A stretch of 64,000 bases of DNA from Octopus vulgaris (lineage: Eukaryota): positions 135,470,001-135,534,000 of the forward strand of contig OX597818.1 of NCBI GenBank assembly GCA_951406725.2, read 5' to 3'. Each line of letters begins with the position of its first letter. Within the stretch, counting starts at the first letter, position 1. Under the pieces are notes generated by a model. It saw only the letters and a program-made list of their open reading frames with translations. It was not told the DNA's origin and ran no database searches. The translations under genes were made by a program, and so were the position numbers. This document shows, in pieces, positions 1-10,953 of the stretch.

Positions 1-290
1 TAACCGACGGAGTGCTCCTATAGGTCTAGACGGAGCACTTCATCGCATACTCACTTGTATTGATGCTAATGCTTTTATTTGGTATTTATATTGACTTGTG
101 AAGAAAAAGAGTCAATTAGCATGTGAAGGGACACAAGCAAGGTGAACAGGAATGTGTTCGTTTACGACTTTGTGCCATGTCACACCAGCAGGTGTGAATG
201 CATATACGCATGCACTTTGCTTCCATGTATTTTCACTGACAAGGCATTTGTTTATCCAAGGTTTTGTGAGAAAACATTTGCATAATGTGA

Positions 291-700
291 CAGCAGGAGT
301 GGCTGTGTGGTAAGTAGTTTGTTTACCAACCACACGGTTCCGGGTTCAGTCCCACTGCGTGGCACCTTGGGCAAAGTGTCTTCTACTATAGCCTCGGGCC
401 GACCAAATCCTTGTGAATGGATTTGGTAGATGGAAACTGAAAGAAGCCTGTCGTATATATGTATATATATATATATATGTATGTGTGTGTTCGTGTGTCT
501 GTGTTTGTCCCCCCCAACATTGCTTGACAACCGATGTTGGTATGTTTACGTCCCCGTCACTTAGCGGTTCGGCAAAAGAGACCGATAGAATAAGTACTGG
601 GCTTACAAAAGAATAAGTCCCGGGGTCGAGTTGCTCGATTAAAGGCTGTGCTCCAGCATGGCCGCAGTCAAATGACTGAAACAAGTAAAAGAGTAAAAGG
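291..700 (+). mobile_element. tRNA-derived SINE, family B (GCAGGAGTGGCTGTGTGG head, GTAAAAGA tail)
   Basis: A-box/B-box-like head (TGGCTGTGTGG...GGTTCAGTCCC); near-identical to copies at 23307, 24737(-), 25836 and 61097. Confidence 0.9.
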
Positions 701-898
701 GTATACAGTAAGATGAAACCAGAACCATGTGGTTGCAAAATAAATTTAGTCACACAACCATTTCTGTCAGAATTTGAGACAATAGTAGTAGATTGATGAT
801 TACTTGTAACATAGAAAATTATCCTCATCGTTTTAACATCTACTTTTCCATGCTTGCATGAGTGAGATTTGTTGAGACAGATTCCTACAGCTAGCTAT

Positions 899-1182
899 AG
901 CGGTGAGCTGGTAGAAACGTTAGCATGCCAGACGAAATACTTAGCGGTATTTTGTCTGTCTTTACATTCTGAGTTCAAATTCCCCCAAAATCGACTTTGC
1001 CTTTCATCCTTTCAAGGTCAATAAATTAAGTACCAGTTACCAAAATCGACTTTGCCTTTCATCCTTTCAAGGTCAATAAATTAAGTACCAGTTACGCACT
1101 AGGGTTGATGTAATCGACTTAATCCCTTTGTCTGTCCTTGTTTGTCCCCTCTATGTTTAAGCTCTTGTGGGCAATAAAGAAC
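899..1182 (+). mobile_element. SINE family C with internal 55-bp tandem duplication
   Basis: Matches 58953-59182; segment caaaatcgactttgcc...gtaccagttac is repeated (986-1095); flanked by TSD-like gattYctacagctagct. Confidence 0.85.
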
Positions 1183-1499
1183 TAAGATTTCTACAGCTAG
1201 CTGCCCCTCCTGTTACTACTGACACAGAAAAATTTATTTGATATGTATATATTCCACAATTAATTTATATGTATCATTAAAAACTGTCTTGGCATAGTAT
1301 TTCTAAAGTAAGTTTGGATGACTCAGTCAATGAGGTTTATTCTAAAAAGTAGGTAAGATGCAGGAGAGCAATTGGGTTAAGGTTTATATGTAACCTTTAT
1401 GAAAGTTCTACCTAAGAATACCTTTTCAGAAAGGGAGCCTACCTTTTGATAACTTATGCAATGATACATCACATATATCTTGTTATGGGAGAGTTTTTG

Positions 1500-2900
1500 G
1501 AAACGGGGAAAGGAACTTAAGATCCATCTGTGATGTTAGCCACGTGAGTTGACATGATTGACAGGAGTTGGGAGCAGGAAGAACCTTGTGAGTTGTCTAC
1601 ACATTCAACCAGGCTCTATTACCTTCAAACTATCAAAATAAAAATGGCATAATTCAAAGCGAACAATACAGATGCTTGGTTCAACTCCTGGTAAGGAGCT
1701 CTGACCAACATCAAGGCAAGTAAGGACATTTACCTTAATTTTCCATGAAATGTGCTCTAAGTCTGGTTTGGTAAATCTGTGAACAACCCCAAGAAGAAAC
1801 AAGAAAATTAGCACCTGATGAAGAAACGCCAGCTATGGGTGGGTGAGGGGTGTTGAAGAAAAGGCTTTATGCAGCCTCTACACAGGTGAAAAAAATCACC
1901 CAATCTGTTTTTAGATGAGGTAGAAGGGGAAAATGCTAGTAATTCAAAAGTGGAAAATGCACCTTAGAGAAATACAAGAAAACTGAAGTCTCCAATCTTT
2001 TACTCTCAGCCATTTTAGGTCTGTAAAAATTTAGCTTGGTTTTAAAAATTTCTGGCATATAAGGCATATCCCTGGAACTTTACACGGTGTCCAGTAATAT
2101 GTTCAAGATGTCCTCTAATCACTTCAGTAACTCATGAATTGCTTCTGCCTGACTCAGAGATCTAGTAAGTTATTACAGATCTCACAGTTAAATATATCAA
2201 GATCCAAGGCAGTGTCATATCCTACAAGATATATAAACACTTTAGAGTGTTGGTAAATTTATTGTAGTGAGTGTAAAATGAAGTTGCAATACAGGACTGC
2301 TGTTTGGCAGAAATCCTGTAGTTGCCTTAGGAGAGAGCATCATCAGTTGATCATTTGGCTTGCCTCGATGTAGAGAGTAAGGTGTTTTATGGAATAATGG
2401 CAAGAAGTATGCCAAGATTCCTAGCACTAAAGGAATTTTTAAACATCTGTTCAGAAAATATGTATGCAGCATTTTCTTGCATCATTGAATATGATTTGCA
2501 GCTTTGTTCCTTATTTAAGTAGGGAAACAGTCAGATTGTTTGGCTTATCTAAGCAAACACATATTGAAGAGATCTTTGTTGCATTTCACAACATAGGGGA
2601 CCATCATATATGATACCTTGGACCAATCAGTCATTATACAGTTTACCATTACTAGCTGGCAGGTACTAGAAATAGGTATCCTGATGGGTGGTTGGGGCAC
2701 ATCATTTCTCCACTTTTTTCTTTTTTTATGGTAGTTAAAAGACACAAAATCACCACTTTCTTTTATGTGCCATTTTTCTGCCGTCACAGAAATAAACAGA
2801 ATTTACCTAGCACTGTGTTGGATGAGCTATTTATGGCAATGTCAGCTACACATCAACCACCTTCAGTCACTTCCTTGTTTTAAACATTTTGAGGCTACGG
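1500..2900 (+). mobile_element. Highly decayed HERO/R2-superfamily non-LTR retrotransposon RT remnant
   Basis: Frameshifted translations ESKVFYGIMARS, TSVQK, WL..ANxY and SWQVLEIGILMG..ISPL resemble RT motifs of RLE-type LINEs. Confidence 0.55.
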
Positions 2901-2936
2901 GAATTATAGAAGTGTTGAGTAGAGGCTACAATTTAA

Positions 2937-3141
2937 CCCTTTTGTTACTGTATTCATTTTGAGATGCTCTGTGTGTCTTTCAATTATTTTAAATATAACA
3001 AATAATTTAGTAAAATAACTTAGTTATCATTGAGCTAGTATTAGGAATATAAACTGAGGTTTGGTGGTATATTTTGATGCAAAACTTATGAAAACAAGAC
3101 ATTTGTACTACAGAGCCAGAGCCGGGTTGGTAACGAAAGGG
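2937..3141. mobile_element. piggyBac-type MITE, family 1
   Basis: TTAA|CCCTTTTGTTAC...GTAACGAAAGGG|TTAA termini; second copy at 27487-27691. Confidence 0.85.
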
Positions 3142-3276
3142 TTAACCAATATTCTTTTATTACCCATTTTTCTTATATTTGTTAAATTATTGTAATTATA
3201 ACTATTTTGATCATTAGTTAAGAGATGTGATGTTTCATTAGTCTCAACAAAACATTTGCTTTTCATATCTTTTCAG

Positions 3277-3354
3277 CTTAGTATACGAATCAATGAATTG
3301 GAAAATAAGAGGCAAATAAAATGTATATGGATGAATAATAAATTGAAAGAAGAG
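3277..3354 (+). CDS. USP7: USP7 (ubiquitin carboxyl-terminal hydrolase 7) internal exon, UBL region
   Basis: ttttcag|...|gtaaga; LSIRINELENKRQIKCIWMNNKLKEE aligns with human [26 protein letters not shown]; upstream exons lie outside the window or were not seen. Confidence 0.92.
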
Positions 3355-3506
3355 GTAAGATGATCAACATTTGCTTCTATTCTTCCTAGTTTCTATTTTA
3401 CAAATCTTGTCAATTTACATTTTTGACTTATCAGTTATCTTCATTCACTTTACTTCAGTGTTCTCCTTTGTCTCACCGTCAATTTGTTACTGATATTTAT
3501 TTGTAG

Positions 3507-3610
3507 AAAGAACTTGTACTATATCCCAATAAAAATGGTAGAGTGTCTGATTTATTAGAAGAAGCTAAAAAACAAGTTGAATACTCAGAAGATGGATCAA
3601 AACGATTACG
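3507..3610 (+). CDS. USP7: USP7 exon
   Basis: ttgtag|...|gtaaat; KELVLYPNKNGRVSDLLEEAKKQVEYSEDGSKRLR; ends in phase 2. Confidence 0.93.
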
Positions 3611-4378
3611 GTAAATAAATAAAAATGTTCTCTTTTAATAGAATATGATTTTGTTTTACCATTTTTAGCTTTATTTCATTGATAATACAAGTGATATTAG
3701 TTTAGCCAATATTTCAACATCTGATTGTGGCCATGTTGGAGCACTGACTTTTAGTCGTTGAAATCGATCCCAGGACTTATTCTTTGTAAGCCTGGTACTT
3801 ATTCTATCGTTCTCTTTTGCCTAACTGCTAAGTTACAGGGGTGTAGACACACCAATATCGGCTGTCAAGCAATGGTGGGAGGACATACACACACACACAC
3901 ACACACACGCAAATAAAATGTGAAAATCAAAGTTGGAATTTCTTTGAGTAATATATTCTTTTTTGCACAATCATACACACCTGTGTGTGTGTGTACGGCA
4001 GGCTTCTTTCAGTTTCCGTCTTCCATATTCGCTCCCCCTTAGTTACTATGACAATATTATATTATTCACTTTAACAAACTATAAATGATGTGGGAAAATA
4101 TGTTGTAAGTACTGGTAGGCTAATAATAAATCTTGGGAATATATTTTATAAATATTCCTCATTAAATCTATAACTTTCTACCTCTTCTAATCAAAAGGCT
4201 AATCTAATCATTAATAGTACCATTTCATTGATTTTTATTGATAAAAATCGATCAAACCTTTTATATGAAAGCTTAGAACAAATATGTGAAATCTATTTTG
4301 TTGCAAATAATGTAATAGGCTTAATTTTTAATTTATCTAAAATGTTTTGTTTTTTTGGGGGGGTTTGTTTTTTTATAG

Positions 4379-4553
4379 ATTATTAGAAATCATCAGTTAC
4401 AAAATCCACTCAATTCAAAAGGAAGATACTTTATTAGAAAATCTCACGAATACATCTGCTACAGCAAAGACTTATCGTGTAGAAGAGACTCCAAAAGATG
4501 AAGTAACCCTAGCTGAAGATGAGATGATCATCCCAGTTGCCCATTTTCACAAG
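4379..4553 (+). CDS. USP7: USP7 exon
   Basis: ttatag|...|gtaagt; LLEIISYKIHSIQKEDTLLENL...TYRVEETP...IPVAHFHK. Confidence 0.95.
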
Positions 4554-5717
4554 GTAAGTTAACTCTTGCTATGTTTTATACAGGAATGACACAAACACTA
4601 GTGATCTACAATGGTAAATAATGTGCTTTTGTTTTCTTTGAAAATGTCAATTTAAGACATATACTCTCTGTGTATGGTGTGATTTTCTTCTGAACAAACT
4701 TAAAAATTTAATAGTGTTTTACTTTTTCTCATTAATGATATTTTTCACCTTTGCTTTCACTGTGGCTGTAGGATAAATATAGGGGGAAAATGATTCTGGG
4801 ATGATTAAACCAGTTCTTTCTTTTCTCTGTATACACATTCGGGCATGGCTGTGTAAAGAAATTTGTTTCACAACATATGTCCAGACATTTAATGTTCAAA
4901 GGACAAGGGTATATATTGCCTAACTTGGAAATAGGAGAGACATTTGTTTATATTTGTACTATTACAATAGATGTACACAATAAGTATATGTACATTATTC
5001 AAAACATATTGCTTACCACATTAATCTCACATGCTCCCTTTTTCTCTCTCTCTCTCAAACACTTGATTCAATTTTATGTGAAGAATTGTTAGCACACTGG
5101 GCAACATGCTTAGCAGCATTTACTTGTGCCAAAATTTGAAACCAATATTCAATTAAACTTGGTAACATTGATTGTTATATGATTCATGTTGTTAATATTT
5201 TGGGACATCATTTCAAAAGAAAATGCTGTAATTATTCTTAATGGAACACAGAGAAAATAAAATTTCTGAATACATTTTAGCATAGTCATCATTAAAGAGT
5301 GTAAAATGTCATACATTTACAGTATTTTTCCGAGTTCATATCACACCACAGCCTTTTTGGTTATGGGTGGGAGGCTTAATCCATCACCTAACAACACCAC
5401 CTGACACCTTGGATGTCTTTTGTGTTCACTCTGTTGGAAACATTCAGGCTGAAGGATACCTCCCTCCCACCTACCAATCTCATAGACCCTGTAAAGGGTC
5501 ATGGATACTGAGTAAAAGATAGGAAAAAAAATATTGGCAGGTTGGTGTGTCCATCGACTTTAAGAACAATATATTTCAGCTCAGAATAAATTTTATTAAT
5601 TCAAATAACAGCAATAAGAAAGAAGTCTGTCCTGATAGCATAGAATTTTAGAATCCCAGAATCTGTGGATTCTTCAAAGGCATTTCAAGCTGCTGCTGCT
5701 TGATTGTTGAATACCTT

Positions 5718-6040
5718 TATAATAATAATAATAATGAAATTATTGTATATAGTGCTCAGGTACACCACAACTTGTCAGAAAGTGCATATAAAGTACATGC
5801 AGTAATGTAAAAATGTCTGGAAAGCGAACAATGTATGAGTCAGATACATGCTTGTGTGTGTATGGAGGGGAGGAAATCAGGTGTAGTGTTGGCAAATCTC
5901 AGAAAGCATGGAAGTTTTGAAGGATGCAGTGCTCCGACAACTAACAACTGATGCCGGCAGTTTGTTCCATGCTTCAGCAACTCTCAGCGTGAAAAAATGT
6001 TTCCTGAAGTCATGGGAGCTGTGCTGTTTTCTGACTTTAA
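5718..6040 (-). mobile_element. CR1-type LINE 3' fragment
   Basis: Minus strand encodes FFTLRVAEAWNKLP followed by a 3' UTR and (ATT)n tail; second copy at 21135-21365. Confidence 0.7.
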
Positions 6041-7067
6041 CAGAGAATTATCAAGATGCTTTAAAAAATGCTAATCATTTGGAGAGAGATGCTTGGAATA
6101 AGCTGATGAAGGTAGAATATTAGAGCCCAGTTAATTTAATTTCTGCACTCGGTGACAAGATCAGGCATTGCCATTGAGAACAGTTGGTCCTTATCAATTG
6201 ACCAATGCTGGACATATAAATGTTGGAGTTTCTTGGTGCATTTTGTCAATTTCTTGGTCATACATATCTAATCTGATGAGTTCACCTGGATTCAAGAAAC
6301 AGTAGATGATTCCAATTGACAACCACCAAGCAATTCTTTATATGCAGCTTCAGTTTGGAGAAGTGTTTTGTTACTTCACCTTAGTTCAGCCAAGTGGTGG
6401 AGTGCTAATGAGTTATCATATGAATTTTTTTTTTTTTTGTTAAATATCACAATACAATCAAGAATTGAATCCTTCTTGTTGTGCAAAAGAAGTGCATGAT
6501 GTTAGAAGAACTCTCCCACCCCACCACCATTCAGCTCATGCAGCATTCTGCATTTGTCAGGTTTCCTAGTTTTTCCAATGTGATGCAAATGTTCTTCTGT
6601 AACCTTTTAAGTTATTTTATGCGAAGCCAGCTTTAGTAATGACTCTGGATTGGTGGTGGTTTAATTGCAGAAGGTCATCTGTGACTTTATTCATTTTCAT
6701 GGCTCACATCTCCACCATAAAATTTTTTAAACCAATATTAAACTGCATTTTTTTTTTAACCAATATTGAACTGCATTGACAGTCTCCCTGGCCAAATATT
6801 TGGTTGATATTGTAAGCAGTTTCCACTACTTTGACCAAATTCTAGACTTCAGAATGGAATATTATTACATGAAGATAGTTGAGTTAAAAGGTTAATCCCA
6901 AATAATTATCATTATTTAAAGTTTAAAAATTTTCCATGTCTATTGCATTGACCATCTCCACACTATATAATGTACCATTTAATAAATTCCTGGAAACTTG
7001 CATCCAAAAAATCTCAGAACTTTTGCAGGCATTTTTGTAATATATTTGTGTTTGCATTTATTTTCAG

Positions 7068-7115
7068 GATCTCTTCTGTACATTTGGAACACCATTTCTT
7101 TTGAAAGTAAAACAT
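7068..7115 (+). CDS. USP7: USP7 exon
   Basis: ttttcag|...|gtgagt; DLFCTFGTPFLLKVKH (human EVFGTFGIPFLLRIHQ). Confidence 0.93.
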
Positions 7116-7226
7116 GTGAGTTCATTTGTTTGTGACTTCTAATTGTAATTTTATTAAGATAGCAAAAACTATATGATATACCTATCACACTGATTTTTGC
7201 TTTTTTTTTTTATACAACTTTTTTAG

Positions 7227-7298
7227 AATGAGCCATTTTCTACTGTTAAAGAACGAATACAGAAAAAGTTAGATGTTGTTGACAAAGAATTTGAGAAG
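7227..7298 (+). CDS. USP7: USP7 exon
   Basis: ttttag|...|gtaatg; NEPFSTVKERIQKKLDVVDKEFEK. Confidence 0.93.
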
Positions 7299-7329
7299 GT
7301 AATGTACCATGCATTTTATTTCTTTATCA

Positions 7330-7699
7330 TCTTTATATATATATAAACGGCAAAATGTCTGTGTGTGTGTCCTTTATACAAATTCACAATTTTTCAGTTA
7401 GAGGGCTCGCACTTTCTATGGTCATTCAAAACCGTCCAAGGGTGGTCGTGCACATCTTTACACTTCCCCAGTCACCCCGCAAAGCCATTAAAAAATCAAT
7501 AGAAGTGACTTTTTTGTGAATTTTCTATCCAAAACCCAATCAAAATGCCCGAAACTTGATACGCCAATTGAATGCCAGCTAGCTGTATGTGATTGGTCGG
7601 AGATTTGGACAGTACTTGCATGTATGTGCGCATGCACGCACGCAACTGTATATGCATGCACTAGCACTATGACCCAGCATTGCCGGGTCACAGTGCTAG
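7330..7699 (+). mobile_element. Non-autonomous Helitron
   Basis: A|TC 5' end; 3' hairpin GACCCAGCATTGCCGGGTC followed by CTAG|T; no TSD. Confidence 0.75.
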
Positions 7700-8392
7700 T
7701 TTTTATTATTGAGCTAAGGCCATAAGAGATACAACAAATTCTATTCCTGACATTTCTGTATAAATAGATTTTTAACTATCAACATTATCTTAACATATGT
7801 TATTAAATAGCTCTCAACACTTTGAAATATGAATATAGCAATTATTTTTTTTTTTATGAGGACAATCAGGTTGATCTGTTGGAGACAAATGTCTCTTTAC
7901 ATTCACTTAGTAAACTTGTTCTTGTCTTTTGATATTTTCTCCTTTTTCGTTCTTGATTTAATGTTCTTATAGCCATAACCATTAAGCTTACCTTTCTGGT
8001 AAGTTTACAACAGAGTAGACGTAAGAAGTCTCATTCACAGTGCAAAAATCCATTAATGGTAGCATTCTGTCAGTCTTGTGTATGGTTAACTACCACCACC
8101 ATCATTTAGATTTGAGTTACTGAACTAGAATAACTCAAAACGCCAGTTTCACTACTCTTGATATTTTTATTTAAAAAAATCAATTATTAATGAGATGTAG
8201 GCAGTCACATATATTACTCATTTCTCACTGCATTCTGATGTTTAAAAAACATCAGATACATGAATTAAATGACAATTTATTAACAAGGAATTTATTGAAG
8301 TTGTCAGTGTGTGATAGAATAATTAGATTAGTTTCAGACAACATTTATCTCTGCCTATGTAGAAATGGACAGAAGAACCACTTCTATGAGAC

Positions 8393-8474
8393 CCTTATTC
8401 CCAGTACTGCTCATTTGTTGGTATTGTTTTGAATTCAAAACAGTACCAACAAATAAGCAGTGCTGGGAATAAGG
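8393..8474. repeat. 82-bp near-perfect palindrome
   Basis: 41-bp arms centred on GAATTC with 3 differences. Confidence 0.9.
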
Positions 8475-8882
8475 CAACCTCTCTAGAGCTGGTGCCATTA
8501 CAAAATGCACCCAGTACATTGTAAATTGATTGGTGAATGAAGAAAGGCAATGTAAAGAGGATTCTTTAGTCTTGCTTAAGACATGGCAACCTCACTAGAG
8601 CTAGTGATTTGGTAAAATCCCTTCACTCTGCAAAGTGGCTGGCAATAGGAAGGGCATCCAGCTCTAGGAAACATCTCAATAAAGGAATGTATGAGCAAGA
8701 CATGGTCCCTGACCCATCTAGGAATGCACATTGGGTCTAAATAAGAACAGCTTGTGACAACCCATATCAGTGTGGAAAACAATAAAAATGATATAATTTA
8801 CTGCTTGTTATTTTCTTGCCGTTTAAATAAGAGTAAAACAAGAACATGTATTATTTTGTATTTTCATGTTATTTATCCACAG

Positions 8883-8988
8883 TATAAATTTGCTGTTGTG
8901 ATCATGGGACGCCAGGATTACATCACTGATGATGGAGATTCAGACTTTCAGTTAAACTTGAGTAAATTTTTACCGCATCAAACATCAG
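8883..8988 (+). CDS. USP7: USP7 exon
   Basis: ccacag|...|gtaagt; YKFAVVIMGRQDYITDDGDSDFQLNLSKFLPHQTS; ends in phase 1. Confidence 0.93.
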
Positions 8989-10270
8989 GTAAGTATTTGA
9001 TTGTTGCAACATGAACTGAGTTAAGTGTGACTCCAGACTCAGTGGAGTCTTAATTGAATATGAATCTATGGTTTGTAGAGTGTCCACTCTAAATTGAATT
9101 TGAATCTAGGGTTAGATTATTTTTACTTTATACTGTGTATGAACCTGGGATTGATAGAGTAACCTATTTCATATTGAGTATGATCCTAGAATTAGTGAGG
9201 TCAAACTGTATTAAATATGGAGTTGATGCTCCCTTTTAAATATATTTTTATATTTTACATGTGATTGTGATTGAGTCAGTTAACAACTCCATTGTGTGTG
9301 TCTGTTGAATACTTCATAATGTATCCATTTTAGACCAACTACTTGAGAAAAATAAAATCTTAACTGAATTCTAAAATAGTCATGAATTTGAACTGATTTA
9401 GTAAAACAACTATATTATTTATCAACATATTAGTGTTTACAGTGCAGCCAAACGGTTTTAGATAAATTTTTGTGTAAATTTGTCCTTAGTTGCATTGTTG
9501 CATCTGCTTGCAAACTGCATCACTTTCATCTCCCAATTTAGTATAGAGCATTAAAAAAAAACAATATTCAAAGTACTTGTATATACTATATACCACTCTA
9601 GGTATCACCACCACTTAATACCTGGCACAGGGTGGTATATAGTATATACAAGTTGATGAGTTTCACTGACTTAGTTTGGTTTCTTGTGAACATTTTGGAA
9701 GAGAGATATTTTAAGTTTCTACTCTGTTCTCATTCACTAAGCCACGTGCCCTCACTGGGCACATGGTCAGTCATAGTGACAGTGAGGATTTAAGTTTCCA
9801 CACTGTTCTCTTTCATTAAGCCAGCATTGATTTTCAACTCAATGTTTCCAATAGTGTGAACATTCAAATTCAGTTACTATTACTAAGTCTGTAGTTTACA
9901 TAAAAAATCTCTTTGGAAATAAATGAAAAAGATTTTGTATAAATTTCTGAGAAAACAAAAATTCCCATCATAATAAGTTTGAACTGTGTGCAGCAAGTGT
10001 CTATCTAATGAAATCACATGTTTTCACTTATACAGTAGTGAGATTTGCATTGATATTTTGATTTGAATATAGACATAAATGCAGGCCATCTCTGATGCTT
10101 TGGTATACAACAAAGCTTAGTATTGATAATAGAAAACATCATACATGACTATTTAAGTGTATTAAAAGCAGTGTTAATTGATATGAAGTAAGCATCAGAT
10201 GTGTTGGAACACTAATGTTTTTTACATTATTTACATTCGGCGGATATTTGTCCTCATCTTGTTTGTTGTT

Positions 10271-10316
10271 AACACAACATTTCAGCTGATATATCCTCCA
10301 GCCTTCTTCAGGTGTC
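10271..10316 (-). ncRNA. Minimal type I hammerhead ribozyme motif (Penelope type)
   Basis: Minus strand reads GACAC CTGAAGA A GGCTG-loop-CAGCT GAAA TGTT GTGTT. Confidence 0.7.
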
Positions 10317-10499
10317 TTGGGGAAATTTCGAACCTGGGTTTTCATGCCCACAAGCATATGGCATAGTGGTTAAGAGCGCGGGCTACCAACCCCCAAGATT
10401 CCTAGTTTGATTCCAAGCAGTGACCTGAACAACAACAATAGTAATAATAACATCGAAGAATACCTTAGGAATGAGAACCCAGGTTCGAAATTTCCCCAA

Positions 10500-10545
10500 G
10501 ACACCTGAAGAAGGTTGGAGGGTATATCAGCCGAAATAGTGTGTT
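10500..10545 (+). ncRNA. Hammerhead ribozyme motif with mutated cleavage triplet
   Basis: GACAC CTGAAGA A GGTTG-loop-CAGCC GAAA TAGT GTGTT. Confidence 0.6.
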
Positions 10546-10824
10546 AACAACAAACAAGATAAGGACAAATATCCATCGAATGTAAATAATGTACATAATT
10601 CCTTAAATATAGAACTTGTACTAATGTTTTTTGTTTCTAAAATTTACATATTATTTATATATCGTCTGTCAAATCCAAATGCTTATATGTTTTGAACATC
10701 ATGTTTGGATGTCCTTATTGTTAATTTATTATAAATACAAAATAGTTTAACATTTCTATACAAATTCTGGAATTATGATTTGTTGTATAAATTCTATTTA
10801 AGCTGTATTGAAAATAATATTTAA

Positions 10825-10953
<129 letters not shown>

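Larger units (their letters stand above)
10224..10619 (+). mobile_element. tRNA-headed element with inverted Penelope-like arms carrying hammerhead motifs (copy 1)
   Basis: Inverted arms ~10224-10346 and ~10470-10594; tRNA-like head from ~10359; 12-13 bp TSD actaatgtttttt at 10211 and 10620. Confidence 0.8.

Noticed and set aside
346-828. 160-aa ORF and similar ORFs at 24677, 24903 and 61083
   Set aside because: Antisense frames of SINE family B and its microsatellite
1811-1832. CTGATGAAGAAAC, resembling a hammerhead core
   Set aside because: No helix II between the core segments; it lies within the decayed LINE coding remnant
10359-10425. tRNA-like sequences here and at the heads of SINE families A, B and E
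   Set aside because: No complete cloverleaf; they are SINE heads, not tRNA genes
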